A DNA stretch of 64,000 nucleotides. Source: Octopus sinensis (Eukaryota). Positions 61,257-64,000 of this stretch are shown piece by piece. The stretch is from positions 54,808,001-54,872,000 of the forward strand of contig NC_043012.1 of the NCBI RefSeq assembly GCF_006345805.1, read 5' to 3'. The notes beneath the pieces were generated by a model. That model was not told the origin of the DNA. It saw only the letters and a program-made list of their open reading frames with translations, and made no database searches. Every line of letters begins with the position of its first letter. The first letter of the stretch is position 1. Made by a program: the position numbers and the translations under genes.

Positions 61257-61954
61257 CTTTAGACCTTTTCTTTTAATTCTTTGCAATTCTTTCAAGCATG
61301 AATTTTTATTATTTTTTTTATTTTATTGTAATTCTTTGACATATTATACAATAAAAGTTCTCAAGGGCAAACGTCTGATCTTCTGTATTGTCTGAAGGAC
61401 AAATAATATTTCGATTTATTCCAGTGAAATATTTTTGTTGTTAGGAAGCTCTCTTTACAACCATATGGTTTTGAGTTTTGTTCCACTGTGTGTGTTACCT
61501 TGGGCAAGTGTTTTCTACTGTAGCTCAGAGCCAACAGATTCCTTGTAAGTAAATTACGTTGATAGAAACTGTGTGTAAGCCATCGTGTGTATGTGTGTAA
61601 GTAAATGACATGGAAACTAGAAATTATGTGATGGACTTCAATTGCTTACAGCCGTTTTTGCTTCTATATGCAATGTGCTTATAGTTGAATGCTTGTGTAT
61701 CACTTTATAGCTTTATTGGGAGATTTGTTTTTGAAGCTCTGATGAAGCTATGAAGCAATACTCTACTATGAGTGCATTTCACCTTATAGAAGAAACAGCA
61801 GTCAGCTAATGAAGTTCAGGCCATAATTTCCTATTCCCTTGTCATTTATATAACCTCTTATTACACTTTGTACTTGACTAATGCTTTTTTCTGAAGCGTA
61901 TGTATACTGAGTTCTGACACCAGGTTTTTAGTATCTCTATGCCTAAGCGAACTA

Positions 61955-61964
61955 TATGTGTGCT

Positions 61965-62013
<49 letters not shown>

Positions 62014-62135
62014 TTGTGTATGTGTATATATGTGTATATATTTGTGTATGTGTATATATGTATATATATTGTGTATGTGTATATATGTATATATTTGTGT
62101 ATGTGTATATATGTATATATATTTGTGCATCTATA
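61955..62135 (+). repeat. Compound (TG)/(TA) microsatellite with a higher-order unit of about 24-26 bp
   Basis: tatatttgtgtatgtgtatatatg repeated about 5 times. Confidence 0.9.
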
Positions 62136-62137
62136 TA

Positions 62138-64000
62138 CAAGTAGACTCCATGTTTACAAATGACTAGATTTGTAAAATGAAAAATTCATATAGTGGGGTA
62201 TTATTGTCCATAGAAAACAATGAATATTCGTCTAATTGGTTCCTGCTAAGGAAGTCAATTCTTAAACTTTCTGAAATTGAAAAAAAAAATGGTTAAGATA
62301 AAAATAGCAATATTCAAGAGTATAATTTTTTTGTTAAATCACAAACTACAGAATGAAAAAAATAGAAAAACATATATAAAACAAAACAATTCAGCTCATG
62401 AAATTTAATTCCTATCTATCGTGTCTTCTGTCACTGGTGCCTCTTGAGCGCACGTCAATTCCTTTTGTTGAGTTTCTTCTTGTTTTGCTGTTTGGTCCGC
62501 ATTAGTTTTCTTTATTAAAAAATTATCTGAAGTTGTTTGTTGAAAAGATTTCTTTTTCGTTTTATGGTAGATTTCATGTTCATTTAGCATTTTTGCAGAG
62601 AAGCATCTTTCAGGCGATTCTTCATTTTCTTCTTCACGTTCAAACTTTTCCATTTCTAGCAATTCTCCATTTGTGATTTCATCACTGTCAGCATAAAGAA
62701 CTTCTTTAACATCTTCAGGTGAAATTTCAAAGTTTCAAAGTTTAATTCCTTCGCAATGTTTATGATCGTGTCAGTTTGTGTTTGAAGACCTTCATGAAGG
62801 TTATCAAATCCTTGAAAATTGTCAATTAATTTGGTGCAGAGATTTTTCCAAATTCCTTTCATGTTCCTTGCGGTGATTTTATCCCATGCTTTCTTTATCA
62901 CTTTTATTGCATCAAGGATGTTGAAACTCTTCCGAAATTATTGAATCGTAGGACAATTTTCTTTATCAATCTGCCGAGTCTTCCAAAGGTGAAATGGAGA
63001 TAGTACGATTTAAACGATGAAATGGCTCCATGATCCATAGGCTGCAATAATGATGTTGTATGGGGAGGTAAAAAACAACATTAATATTTTGATGGTGATG
63101 CTTTAAAAATGCAGCACGACTGGGGATATGATCCATAATCAAAAGAATCTTGAAAGGAATTTTTTCATCCTTACAATATTTTTCTACTTTGGGAACAAAG
63201 TGATTAGAAAATCAATCTTCAAATAGAGTTATTGTCACCCAAGCTTTTTTGTTATGCTTTCAGATTGCAGGAAGCTTCGTCTTATTAATTCCTTTTAAAG
63301 CACGGGGTTTCCAGATCGATAAATAAGCATGGGCTTGAGTTTGCAGCCCCCTTCACAATTTCCTCCCAGAAGCAACATTATCCTATCTTTTGCATCTTTG
63401 AATCCTGATGTTGAAGGTTCTTCTCTCACAGTGAAACTCCTTGAAGGCATTCATTTCCAAAATAGCCTCATCTCATCCACATTAAATATTTGAGACGGTA
63501 TAAAACCTTCTTCTTCAATCGGATCTTCTAATTGGCGAGGAAAAGTTTCTGCAGCTTTTTGATCTGCGTTAGATTTGATTCTCATGGATCTTCACATTGT
63601 GTAGATTTGCTGGGTTTTTTTGAAACAATTTTAGCAACCATTGCTTGCTACAAATGTTTCATTTGATCCATCTAATTGTCCTCGAAATATAACCTGACTA
63701 AGTGGCATATGAAGTCTATGAATTTGATTGTTAATCCAAGCTGTCAAAAGTTTTTCTGTGCCTGAAATAAAATTTTCGTTATCTTTTCTTCGTAACTAAG
63801 TTGAATTTAGAGCATAACTTCCTTTAACTGTATTTAAATCATCTTCCTTTTGCTTCAAGATGGTACACACACATGAAGGAGCCATATCAAATTGTTTTTG
63901 ATAAATCTTTAACAGTTGCACCTTTTTAGTGTTGTTTAATCAATTTGTATTTTATTTCTAAAGTAAATTGCTTTATGTTTCATCTTATCCTTGCATGCCA
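62138..64000 (-). mobile_element. Decayed Tigger/pogo DNA transposon (continues past the window end)
   Basis: Minus-strand IFNVDEMRLFWK, GFKDAKDRIMLLLGGN, LKPMLIYRSGNPRALKG, LLIMDH, FLPPHTTSLLQPMDHG (DDD motifs) with stops; TA|caagtagactcc terminus. Confidence 0.9.

Noticed and set aside
62405-62901. ORFs 62405-62662 and 62656-62901 as a domesticated TIGD gene
   Set aside because: The upstream transposase has several in-frame stops and frameshifts; it is a decayed Tigger copy.

Overview
AT-rich eukaryotic DNA dominated by microsatellites and interspersed repeats. The repeat landscape strongly suggests an octopus (coleoid cephalopod) genome; this taxon call is an inference from recognisable SINE/RTE families. 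It contains dozens of tRNA-headed SINEs from at least four families (working labels SINE-A to D), RTE LINE 3' ends with (GAT)n tails, R4/Dong, mariner, Tc1, Tigger, hAT and piggyBac-type MITEs, Helitrons and Penelope-like remnants. No host protein-coding gene could be named. Most ORFs in the track are SINE, microsatellite or antisense artefacts. The largest informative feature is a near full-length CR1-clade LINE on the minus strand (about 53250-57370). Its ORF2 (APE endonuclease plus RT) has two frameshifts. Its ORF1 combines an N-terminal Myb/SANT (trihelix)-like domain with two tandem CCCH zinc fingers, which the ORF track misses. It sits in a reconstructable (TA)n palindrome whose arm matches its own 8-bp tail unit. 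Other leads: a minimal hammerhead-ribozyme-like motif in Penelope-like remnants, candidate microexons with strong splice sites on both strands (speculative), several long fold-back inverted repeats, a fold-back RTE 5' junction and a tandemly duplicated chimeric SINE. Coordinates of degenerate repeats are approximate (about +/-10-20 bp).
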